A stretch of 60,097 bases of DNA, counting the filler. It is 5 parts of 5 records of this genome, joined end to end, with 100 filler letters (N's around TTAATTAATTAA, not from the genome) between each part and the next. Parts side by side here need not be neighbours in the genome. Positions count along the whole stretch, not along the records: positions 29,593 to 36,116 come from DRR378314_1867; positions 36,217 to 51,441 come from DRR378314_1869; 3 more parts are not named here. One strand, 5' to 3'. The position numbers and the translations under genes were made by a program. Numbering within the stretch: the stretch's first letter is position 1; the number at the start of each line of letters is the position of its first letter. The notes beneath the pieces were generated by a model that was not told the origin of the DNA, searched no databases, and saw only the letters and a list, made by a program, of their open reading frames with translations. Below are positions 33,601-41,013 of the stretch, one piece after another.

Positions 33601-34662
33601 CGCGAGATCGCGCCGCTGATCAATACTCTGGAGCAGGTGAATCCGGAGGATCATCAAGCAGCGAAGAACCTGCATCTCAAATTGCGCTGGCTGGTCGGTT
33701 GGCTGCATGAGACCACCGGTGGTCCCACAGGTCTGCGCCGAGAACTTCGCTACGGCGCCCTTGCCGCCCTCGACACCGATTATCCAGAACAGGAGGGCGA
33801 CCGCGCCGCGCGTCACGAAGACATCAAACTCTTACTCCTCATGGTGGGTTTGAGAAAGCGCGTGCCGGACCTCTTCGCAGACCTCGATTGGTCCGAGACA
33901 ACCATCGGCTTTCATATCTTCCTCGCCGCAGCAGAGTTTGATCTTGCCGTAGAGGACAGGGATCCGAACCTGCTCGCTGACGCCGTGTTGCAGCTCACTG
34001 GCGCTTTCAATGACGCGCTTAAAAAGAAAAAAGACGTCCCCTCCACGCCCACCGAGAAAGTCAAATCCATTGACGCCAGCGACATGGAAGAGAAGACCAT
34101 CAAAGCGGTGTTCGAGCATGCCATCGCGCTCGCCGCCTTCTTTGGCGCTCAGGGTCAAACTGACAAGAAAGCCTGTTGCGAGACCTTTCTGACGCGCATC
34201 AAAGATCGCTTGGGCGATACGACGCCAATGCTTGATAAGTTCAGTGACATCCTCGCTGAAAAGGCGGACGCTTACCCAGGCAATCAAGCGGAACTGATCT
34301 TCAAATCTGCCTTCGCACCTGGCTCGGAGGTGCTTCACCCCGCCGACATCATCAATTGTCAACTCGCCATCCTGCAATGCGCCATTGCCTGCGGCTGTGG
34401 GGCCCGTCTGGTATTCCGCATCCATCACCTCTTCGCCGATGAGTGGGACTATATTCTGAGCCATCAACGCTTTTTGCTGACCCAGCCCGCCCTGTACGCG
34501 CCCGCCCTTGAAGCCGCCATCGCCTATGCAAGAGAGGTTCAACCGGGATCGCTGCCCAATCTCCTGCAAACCGGCGCGCGCGCCCTCAACGACCAAGTCC
34601 CTGATGCATGGCTCGCCGTTGCAGAGCAGCTCGGCGGAAAAGCTGGCGCTCAAGCCCATTGA
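30646..34662 (+). CDS. Large STAND-class ATPase with N-terminal PD-(D/E)XK-type (Cap4-like) nuclease and C-terminal TPR-like repeats (Avs/NLR-like)
   Basis: AFRYQ...IEIFEDFD...TQVKH nuclease-type motif; Walker A GASGTGKST, Walker B VILDD, VTS, GHPQLV (GxP); helical TPR-like C-terminal half; ATG 30646 preferred to TTG 30601. Confidence 0.78.
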   Translation: MTSETQYPLSPDPKRQAAHIVSAFRYQLMETAIAWMTLPEEANLLIEIFEDFDIETPDGATELTQVKHSVSDRALTLASNAARDALTNYWNTSRAGEVSGVSLIVHTNMPIGSERGASLPDDATGISYWQAVKDGADSGPLKDLLIASLPEGDLKSWLASDPPDAALRARLIDRVSWKTSQPSGAPQNALLVELIAGRLAALELPVVLAPRVAGAIIERIGMVASETDPSLRRLTLADLHAFLHELSRPGQPGHEPAWARASWTVPVDETELPALCAGRDSLVSALSGTLNETGALWLHGASGTGKSTLAQQAARAGADNWLVIEFRDQVKPSDILLRLDRAYTDVVLTDRVGGVILDDLDADFVAQHAARFGRFIKWMAARGARVIVTSARPLSPAALQSASLPPDALKDAPYLTQDDVTQLVSQTSAPPDMTEAWGLFIHLSTSSGHPQLVAAKAVSLDHRAWPKEALTEDMSGTPSDAVELTRTEARRRLLNDATGEGRALLKRLGCIMFKFDRASAIAVAALDPPIEDASASLDLLTGPWIEKSPTDPGYLRLSPLLTGLQQDLGEDTIQQIQTGYLVARIKRGAIPYEALDSVFWTAFLAKQGWFFTKFFESSLSFDEEKSKAIAVRLGGLVYLTTNRPLFPDDPGTSHILRLLQIDTAALNGEKTLFQPIAIAAMREAMEIEHDELKEAFSLMALMKILLAQGAKLDWGLRLSYIAYFEALAYKNPDLVNRHRGAVFDAMQAEFGEAADTPGFMLNVGVSAIENPAELRTLFIALDALDSALRTQRLAQLKAFFKTYGLHIQSAWARAWSAGKLDAEAAISDYEEMATLAARWSDEDLIAECVIAQSVLWDEMQDNRPRAMQVVDAALEALPDHPELLRQKAKVHGHDRQYDKARAILEQIRPRTDDSSDIERMYALKEQAVATANLGDTDAARVLFLEAAAAAEAVEEDVGSMRAHAIALRAEAAMCSWRDGAFEPALREIAPLINTLEQVNPEDHQAAKNLHLKLRWLVGWLHETTGGPTGLRRELRYGALAALDTDYPEQEGDRAARHEDIKLLLLMVGLRKRVPDLFADLDWSETTIGFHIFLAAAEFDLAVEDRDPNLLADAVLQLTGAFNDALKKKKDVPSTPTEKVKSIDASDMEEKTIKAVFEHAIALAAFFGAQGQTDKKACCETFLTRIKDRLGDTTPMLDKFSDILAEKADAYPGNQAELIFKSAFAPGSEVLHPADIINCQLAILQCAIACGCGARLVFRIHHLFADEWDYILSHQRFLLTQPALYAPALEAAIAYAREVQPGSLPNLLQTGARALNDQVPDAWLAVAEQLGGKAGAQAH

Positions 34663-34715
34663 CGCGGCGCTGTATGAGATAATGAGACGCCGACCCCTTC
34701 CCCTTCGAGACTGCC

Positions 34716-35831
34716 ATGATCGATATTGACGATATTCGCAGCGCCCACATCAAGATGCATCGCCTCACTGGCATGGATGACGCCTACACTTTCTATCATG
34801 ATGAAACCAACAATATAAAAAAGCTCCGCATCAAGACGGGAGGCTTTAACGTCGCTGAGCCCGGTGTTTTCGTCCTGGGCGGTGTTGTGCATCCTGGCAC
34901 GCCCAGGGACTTGGATATCGAAACGCTGCGCGCAGATATGCGCATTCAAAAGAGCGCGAAAGAGATAAAGCTGGAACACGTCGCCAAGGGGCGGTTTCTA
35001 GACGTGCTGCGCTCAACCAAACTGACCGTATTTTTGCGCTGGCTTTCTGAGAACGATTTGAGGCTGCACTATCACGCCCTCGATCCTGTCTATTGGGGGA
35101 TTGTCGATATCTTGGATTCCATTCTCTACCGGCTGGGAGACCCACATCTCGCCCAGGCGCATATCTTCCTCAAAGCCGATCTTTCCGCCCTCTTGCGCGC
35201 GAACCTTTCTGACACTGCCGCGCTCTTCTACAAATACAACTATCCCGCGCTAAGCGCCGCGCACCGCGCGCCCTTTATCGATGACCTCCTCGCTTTGGTG
35301 GAGCGCGATCAAGACAGTCTACCAGACTATAACTCCATGATGCTAAAAGGCGCCCTGCAACGCGCGCGGCGCCTGCCCAGCTTCGATTTTATCGAAGGCT
35401 ACACCGCTCATGAACTGCTGGGCACCTTCGCACTGTTTTATCTGACGCGGATCGCGGTGTTCAAACACGCATTCCATATTCTCGATATGGAAGACACGGT
35501 CCGCGACGAGATGATCGCGCTCGCGCCAAGCTCAAACGGCGTCCCCGTTGAAAATTACAAATTCTGCGATTCAAAATCCGAGACAGGGATTCAGGTCTCG
35601 GATGTCATCGTCGGCGTCTTAGGAAAAATGTACACTTACCTCGTTGAAACGCCGCGAGATCAGGTCCTGACCGATCAAGCCGCATTGTCAGGCCCAAGCA
35701 AAACCAATGCAGATCTGTTGCGTGACTTGATTGATGAAGCCAACGTCGCAAACACCGCTTTCTTGAACCATGTGATGAGCAACTCAGACGTGGACAAGAT
35801 GAACCTGTTTCTTGGTATCTCGCGATCGTAG
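34716..35831 (+). CDS. DUF3800-family protein (RNase H-like fold)
   Basis: YTFYHDETNN, FVLGGV, EIK, FCDSKSETGIQVSDVIVG signature. Confidence 0.8.
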   Translation: MIDIDDIRSAHIKMHRLTGMDDAYTFYHDETNNIKKLRIKTGGFNVAEPGVFVLGGVVHPGTPRDLDIETLRADMRIQKSAKEIKLEHVAKGRFLDVLRSTKLTVFLRWLSENDLRLHYHALDPVYWGIVDILDSILYRLGDPHLAQAHIFLKADLSALLRANLSDTAALFYKYNYPALSAAHRAPFIDDLLALVERDQDSLPDYNSMMLKGALQRARRLPSFDFIEGYTAHELLGTFALFYLTRIAVFKHAFHILDMEDTVRDEMIALAPSSNGVPVENYKFCDSKSETGIQVSDVIVGVLGKMYTYLVETPRDQVLTDQAALSGPSKTNADLLRDLIDEANVANTAFLNHVMSNSDVDKMNLFLGISRS

Positions 35832-36116
35832 GAACGCACGCAAGGAAAACCCATCCTATGTCTGCTGCTACGAACTTTCGGCCTCGCGGCTTATGTCTTC
35901 AATCGGGATGAAGTGGTCGTTGACAATTTGCGCCTGACAACACGGTCTACATGGCCACGTACAAGTTCGCCGCCATTCAATCAGGTTCACGGTACGGGTA
36001 TTTCTCTACGGTTTGAGCCGAAAATATTGGATGCATCCGGGTGGAGGAGAATGGCGATCCCTAAGACTTCTCTCCTTCGCATGGAATGCGCTCTCAGGAG
36101 TCCGTAGAGCGCGTTT

Positions 36117-36216
36117 NNNNNNNNNNNNNNNNNNNNNNNNNNNNNNNNNNNNNNNNNNNNTTAATTAATTAANNNNNNNNNNNNNNNNNNNNNNNNNNNN
36201 NNNNNNNNNNNNNNNN
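36117..36216. other. Artificial contig-joining spacer
   Basis: N-run + TTAATTAATTAA + N-run. Confidence 0.98.
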
Positions 36217-36217
36217 C

Positions 36218-38611
36218 AAACTGGACCGTAATGCGTTGCCTGAGCCTGTCTCGCGAACGAAACAGCATCAGGGGCCAGAGGGCGCGCGCGAGGTCCTGCT
36301 GGCCGAACTGTGGACCTCAATGCTGGGCGCGGCTGAGGTCGGCAGGAATGACAGCTTCTTCGAGCTGGGTGGTGATTCCATCCAGTCCCTGGAGCTGATC
36401 ACCCGTTTGCGTCAGTTGCGCTGGCAAGTGACACCGAAAACCGTGTTCCTGAAGCCGCGACTTTCGGAGTTGGCCGCTGCTTTGGAGCCGATAACGACGT
36501 CAGTCTCCGAAACTGCAAGGGCCGAAGGCCTTGTGCCACTGACACCGATTCAGGCGCATTTCTTCGAGCAGCCTCTGCCGGATTATTCCCACTGGAATCA
36601 GTCAGTGTTGCTTGAGGTTATTCACCCGCTTGACGAGGAACTGTTGCGGCGAGCGGTTGCGGCGCTGATCGAACATCACGATGTCCTCCGCCTGGGCTTC
36701 CACCGTGAACGGGATGCCTGGTATGGAAAGTACAGGGCCACAGAGTCCGTGGACCGGCTTTTCAGTGTCGTGGTGCTGCCCGATGAGGGGCTGGTGACGA
36801 CGGCTTGTGACCGGATACAGCGCAGTTTCGATCTCGAGAACGGCCCCCTTGCAGCCATTGTGCTGATGACACTTCCGGACGGTGGACAGCGGCTGTTGGT
36901 CAGCGCGCATCACCTGGTGGTCGACGGTGTTTCCTGGCGGATTCTCCTGGACGATCTTGGCGAGGCCTACCGGCAGGTTGCCGAGGGGAGGTCGACTGAC
37001 GCTCGGCTACCGGGCGCTACTTTCCAGTCCTGGGCCAATCACCTCCGCGAGCGTGCCGATCAGAGTGCATGGCAGCAGGAACTGGCGTATTGGGAACGTT
37101 TTGCCACTGACCCTGAGCCCTGGCCGGTGGACAATCCGGCGGGCAGCCGGGAGACACGGTATGAGGAACTCTGCGAGTGGAGCCTGTCCGCCGGCCAAAC
37201 CCGGACGTTGCTCCGTCAAACCCTGGCGTCGTTTGAGGCGGGCATGGACGACGTCATGCTGGCTGCCCTGGCGGAAGGGCTGCGGGCATGGGGTGGTCTG
37301 CAGCGACCCATCGTCGCCGTAGAGGGGCACGGCCGGGAGACCGACGATGCAACTCTGGACCTGAGCCGCACACTGGGTTGGTTTACCAGCCTGTATCCGG
37401 TTCAGCTCGAACCCACAGGCAATCCGTTATCAACCTTGGACGCGACCCGCCATCTGCGTGCTGGAATTCCGGGCAAGGGTCTCGGATACGGCGCCCTTCG
37501 ATACCTGGGCGACCCGAAAACCCGTTCGCGTCTGCAACGCCTGCCTGAGCCTGACCTGGCATTCAATTACCTGGGTCAGTTTGACGACACCCTTGCGAGT
37601 GGCCGTTTCAGGTTGGCGTCGGAGTCGGCGGGTGAGTTGGTGGATCCCCGTGCGCCCCTCGCGCGGGAGCTGGAAATAAACGGCCAGATCTATCAGGGGC
37701 AGTTAACGCTCAGTTGTCGCTACAGTGGTCAGCGATATCACGCTTCCACCGTCCAGCGGCTGATGAGGGCGATTGGCCTGGCTCTGGAAACCCTGGTGGC
37801 CGATACCCCGGAAGCATCGTTGGCGAACCCGTTCCCGGTGGACGCCGAGCGGGCGTCCGCGGGTGACCTGAATCCCCTGATTCGTCTTTCAGAGTCGACC
37901 GGGACGGCACCGCAACTGTTCTGCCCGCACCCGGTCAGCGGCACGGTGGTTGGTTACTATCCGCTTGCCGCGCGATTGGCGGGCGACTGGTCGGTCTGGG
38001 GTTTTCAGAATCGACAGATGCTTGATTCAGGCTGGCGCGACCGGTCCCTGACCGCGATGGCAAGGGACTATGTGAAAGCCATGCTGGTTCATCAACCCCG
38101 GGGGCCTTATTACCTCCTCGGTTGGTCCATGGGCGGTGCGTTGGTGCTGGAAATGGCAACACTGCTGGAACGACTGGGGAGGGATGTGGCCTGGGTTGGC
38201 CTGATTGATGGTTATATCCCCGGGGCTGGCCACCGGACCGTCGAAAACAGTCCCGAATCATCCCCGGAGGGCGTGGGCCAGGATGAGTGGCAACAATTGC
38301 TCGATGTAGAAAGGCACATGCGCCGGCTGGCAAGGGCTCATGAGCGGGTAAAGCCACTTCGGGCGCCAGTTTACGCATGGTGGGCAGAGCAATCACCAGA
38401 GAGTAATGACAATGCGGAAGCGCTTCTGACGAGGTTTATGGGCTGTAAACCTGCCAGCTCGGTGTGGATGGATACCCATCATCTTGGAATCGTGCGTCAT
38501 CCGGAGTTTCTTGACTCGTTGCGCCGTTCTCTGGGCGCAGTATCGAGTTCTGTGGCCAGCGTGGATGATAGGAAAGTGGGGCGTTCGGGCGAACCCGTGG
38601 GTGAGCAGTGA
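36218..38611 (+). CDS. NRPS C-terminal fragment: end of A domain - T - epimerisation - thioesterase (5' truncated)
   Basis: KLDRNALP (A10), FFELGGDSI (T before E), HHLVVDGVSW, EGHGRE, RTLGWFT, GLGYG, FNYLGQFD (E motifs), GWSMGG (TE). Confidence 0.93.
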   Translation, partial: KLDRNALPEPVSRTKQHQGPEGAREVLLAELWTSMLGAAEVGRNDSFFELGGDSIQSLELITRLRQLRWQVTPKTVFLKPRLSELAAALEPITTSVSETARAEGLVPLTPIQAHFFEQPLPDYSHWNQSVLLEVIHPLDEELLRRAVAALIEHHDVLRLGFHRERDAWYGKYRATESVDRLFSVVVLPDEGLVTTACDRIQRSFDLENGPLAAIVLMTLPDGGQRLLVSAHHLVVDGVSWRILLDDLGEAYRQVAEGRSTDARLPGATFQSWANHLRERADQSAWQQELAYWERFATDPEPWPVDNPAGSRETRYEELCEWSLSAGQTRTLLRQTLASFEAGMDDVMLAALAEGLRAWGGLQRPIVAVEGHGRETDDATLDLSRTLGWFTSLYPVQLEPTGNPLSTLDATRHLRAGIPGKGLGYGALRYLGDPKTRSRLQRLPEPDLAFNYLGQFDDTLASGRFRLASESAGELVDPRAPLARELEINGQIYQGQLTLSCRYSGQRYHASTVQRLMRAIGLALETLVADTPEASLANPFPVDAERASAGDLNPLIRLSESTGTAPQLFCPHPVSGTVVGYYPLAARLAGDWSVWGFQNRQMLDSGWRDRSLTAMARDYVKAMLVHQPRGPYYLLGWSMGGALVLEMATLLERLGRDVAWVGLIDGYIPGAGHRTVENSPESSPEGVGQDEWQQLLDVERHMRRLARAHERVKPLRAPVYAWWAEQSPESNDNAEALLTRFMGCKPASSVWMDTHHLGIVRHPEFLDSLRRSLGAVSSSVASVDDRKVGRSGEPVGEQ

Positions 38612-38640
38612 ATGTGGTTGAATATAACGCATTCCTCAAT

Positions 38641-38689
38641 GGAAATAGGAATTGTTATCGTTGAGTTTAAAATTAAATATGCTTAAGAT
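38641..38689 (+). promoter_or_regulatory. Fur box plus sigma70 promoter for the siderophore receptor
   Basis: GGAAATAGGAATTGTTATC (reverse complement GATAACAATTCCTATTTCC) adjacent to TTGAGT-N17-TAAGAT. Confidence 0.6.
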
Positions 38690-38754
38690 GGCTTCAGCTT
38701 TAGGTAAGGCGTCGGATTTTGGCGCTTTTCGTCACTTTCAGTAGGGAATCAGTT

Positions 38755-40932
38755 ATGACGTTTAAGGAAAACGGCTTGTCCGCCTTCCGTATCAGTCTGC
38801 TTGCGGCTGCAGTGAGCGCCTCTGGCCACGTCTTTGCCCAGGACGAGAATAACGCAACGGAACTTGAGGAAATTCAGGTCACCGCGGAACGGGAAGGACC
38901 GCAGGGGCCTGACTATGGCTATGAGGCGGAGCGAAGCCTGACGGCGACCAAGACGAATACGCCGCTGGTCGAAACACCGCGGTCGGTTTCTGTCGCTACA
39001 CGGGAGCGCATAGAAGACCAGAACGCCCAGACGTTGTCCGATATTCTCTACTACATGCCGGGTGTCTCTTCGACCAAATTTCCGGTTGGTGACGGTCTTG
39101 CGGGTGACATTTTCTATATCCGTGGTATGAACCAGCGCGACTATGGCTACGGTACCTACCGCGATGGCCTCAGGGTTCAGCCCAACGCCTACTCCACCTC
39201 GGCAGAGCCCTTCGGGCTTGAGCGGGTTGAGGTATTCAAGGGGCCTACCTCCGTACTGTACGGTGAGAACGTGCCGGGCGGGCTGGTGAACCTGGTGAGT
39301 AAGCGCCCCACCGAGACCGATCAGGGCCAGGTTAATCTGAGCTACGGTACCCATGATCGCAAGCAGGTATCCGCCGATGTCTCCGGTGCGATGACCGATG
39401 ATGGCAGGGTGCTGGGGCGTATGGTGTTCCTGCGCCGGCAATCCGATACCCAGACCGACAGCGTGCCGGACGACCGGCTGTACTTTGCACCGTCCATGAC
39501 CCTGAAGCTGACCGATCAGGACACCCTGACGCTTCTGGCCTCCTATCAGAAGGACGATACCGAAATTCAGCTGGGGCTGCCGGCGGCCGGGACCGTGCTG
39601 GATCATCCCTCCGGTCAAATCGACCCGTCCACCAACCTGGGGCATCCGGAGTGGGATACCTTTGATCGTGAGGTCTGGTCACTGGGCTATGAATACGAGC
39701 ACCAGTTCAACTCCGACCTGACCTTCCGGCAGAACGCCCGCTACCTGCGTTCACGTGTTGAGCGCAAGGAAGTCTGGTGGGGGTTCCCCGGGGATGGGTT
39801 TGATGACTTCGTGGGTGCGTATGGCCGTGACCGGTATAATGAGTCGCGTACCTATTCCATCGACAACCAGCTGGTTGGAGACCTGCAGATCGGTGCTACC
39901 GAGAACACCTGGCTTGCCGGTGTGAGCTTTGATCGCACCAGTTTTGATCAGACCCAGGATGTCGGGTTCAGCAACGTGCAGTTGATCGACATCTACGATC
40001 CGGTCTGGGCGTCTATTCCTGCAACCCCGACCACCTCCAGTGACGGTGAGGAAAAACAGAATCTGGCTGGCGTTTATGCACAAGTGCAGAGTCGAGTCGG
40101 TAACCTGATCGGTCTACTGGGAGGGCGTTTTGATTACGCCGAAACTGAATTTGATAATCGTCTGCCGGGAGGCGAGGACTTCGAGTTCAACGACAAGGAG
40201 TTCACTTGGCAGGCCGGCCTGATGTACGAGTTCGGGTTTGGCCTTTCGCCTTACCTCAGCTATTCGACGTCGTTTGTGCCAGCTCGCCAGACCACGACGG
40301 ATAATGAGCCCCTGGAACCGATCACCGGTCGGCAGTATGAAGCGGGCTTCAAGTACCAGCCGCCGGGGTCGGATACCCTGGTGACGGTTTCGGTGTTTGA
40401 TATCGTCAAGAAGGACGACGTCAATTATGACGGTGCCATTGGTGCCTATCGAAACGTTGGTCGCACGGAATCCGAGGGTGTCGAGTTTGAACTCAACAGC
40501 GACATCAATGAGAACCTTAGCTTGCTCGCCACCTACACCTACACGGATGCAAAGATCGTCGAGGATGAATCTTTCCCACGGTATGAAGGCAATCAGGTCG
40601 TAGGCGTGCCGCGCAATCAGGCCTCACTCTGGGCCAACTACAAATTCTTCGAGGACCTATTGCGTGGCGTGGAAGCTGGCGTCGGTGTGCGCTATGTCGG
40701 CGAGTCCTACGCCTACCCGTCTGATACTCTCGCCTACCCGTCAAGACTGGAGACCGATGAGGTCACCCTGGTGGACCTGGCGCTGGCCTACGAATTCCTC
40801 AACGGTTGGGAGACCCGCGTAAACGTCCACAACCTGTTCGATGAGGAATATGTCGGCGAGTGTAACAATGCGTCGCGTTGTTACTACGGAGCTGAACGCA
40901 CCGTTCAGGGCACGGTTTCCTACAACTGGTAA
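38755..40932 (+). CDS. TonB-dependent ferric-siderophore receptor (FhuA-like)
   Basis: TATKTNTPLVETPRSVSV, LERVEVFKGPTSVLYG..PGGLVNLVSKRP, NLFDEEY, C-terminal YNW. Confidence 0.94.
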   Translation: MTFKENGLSAFRISLLAAAVSASGHVFAQDENNATELEEIQVTAEREGPQGPDYGYEAERSLTATKTNTPLVETPRSVSVATRERIEDQNAQTLSDILYYMPGVSSTKFPVGDGLAGDIFYIRGMNQRDYGYGTYRDGLRVQPNAYSTSAEPFGLERVEVFKGPTSVLYGENVPGGLVNLVSKRPTETDQGQVNLSYGTHDRKQVSADVSGAMTDDGRVLGRMVFLRRQSDTQTDSVPDDRLYFAPSMTLKLTDQDTLTLLASYQKDDTEIQLGLPAAGTVLDHPSGQIDPSTNLGHPEWDTFDREVWSLGYEYEHQFNSDLTFRQNARYLRSRVERKEVWWGFPGDGFDDFVGAYGRDRYNESRTYSIDNQLVGDLQIGATENTWLAGVSFDRTSFDQTQDVGFSNVQLIDIYDPVWASIPATPTTSSDGEEKQNLAGVYAQVQSRVGNLIGLLGGRFDYAETEFDNRLPGGEDFEFNDKEFTWQAGLMYEFGFGLSPYLSYSTSFVPARQTTTDNEPLEPITGRQYEAGFKYQPPGSDTLVTVSVFDIVKKDDVNYDGAIGAYRNVGRTESEGVEFELNSDINENLSLLATYTYTDAKIVEDESFPRYEGNQVVGVPRNQASLWANYKFFEDLLRGVEAGVGVRYVGESYAYPSDTLAYPSRLETDEVTLVDLALAYEFLNGWETRVNVHNLFDEEYVGECNNASRCYYGAERTVQGTVSYNW

Positions 40933-41013
40933 TGCCTGGGCCGGCGATGTCCCGATGGCGGTCGCAGCCTTCCCGAGGCTGCCTCTGCCATCGCCGGACT
41001 CCCTGCACCCTGA

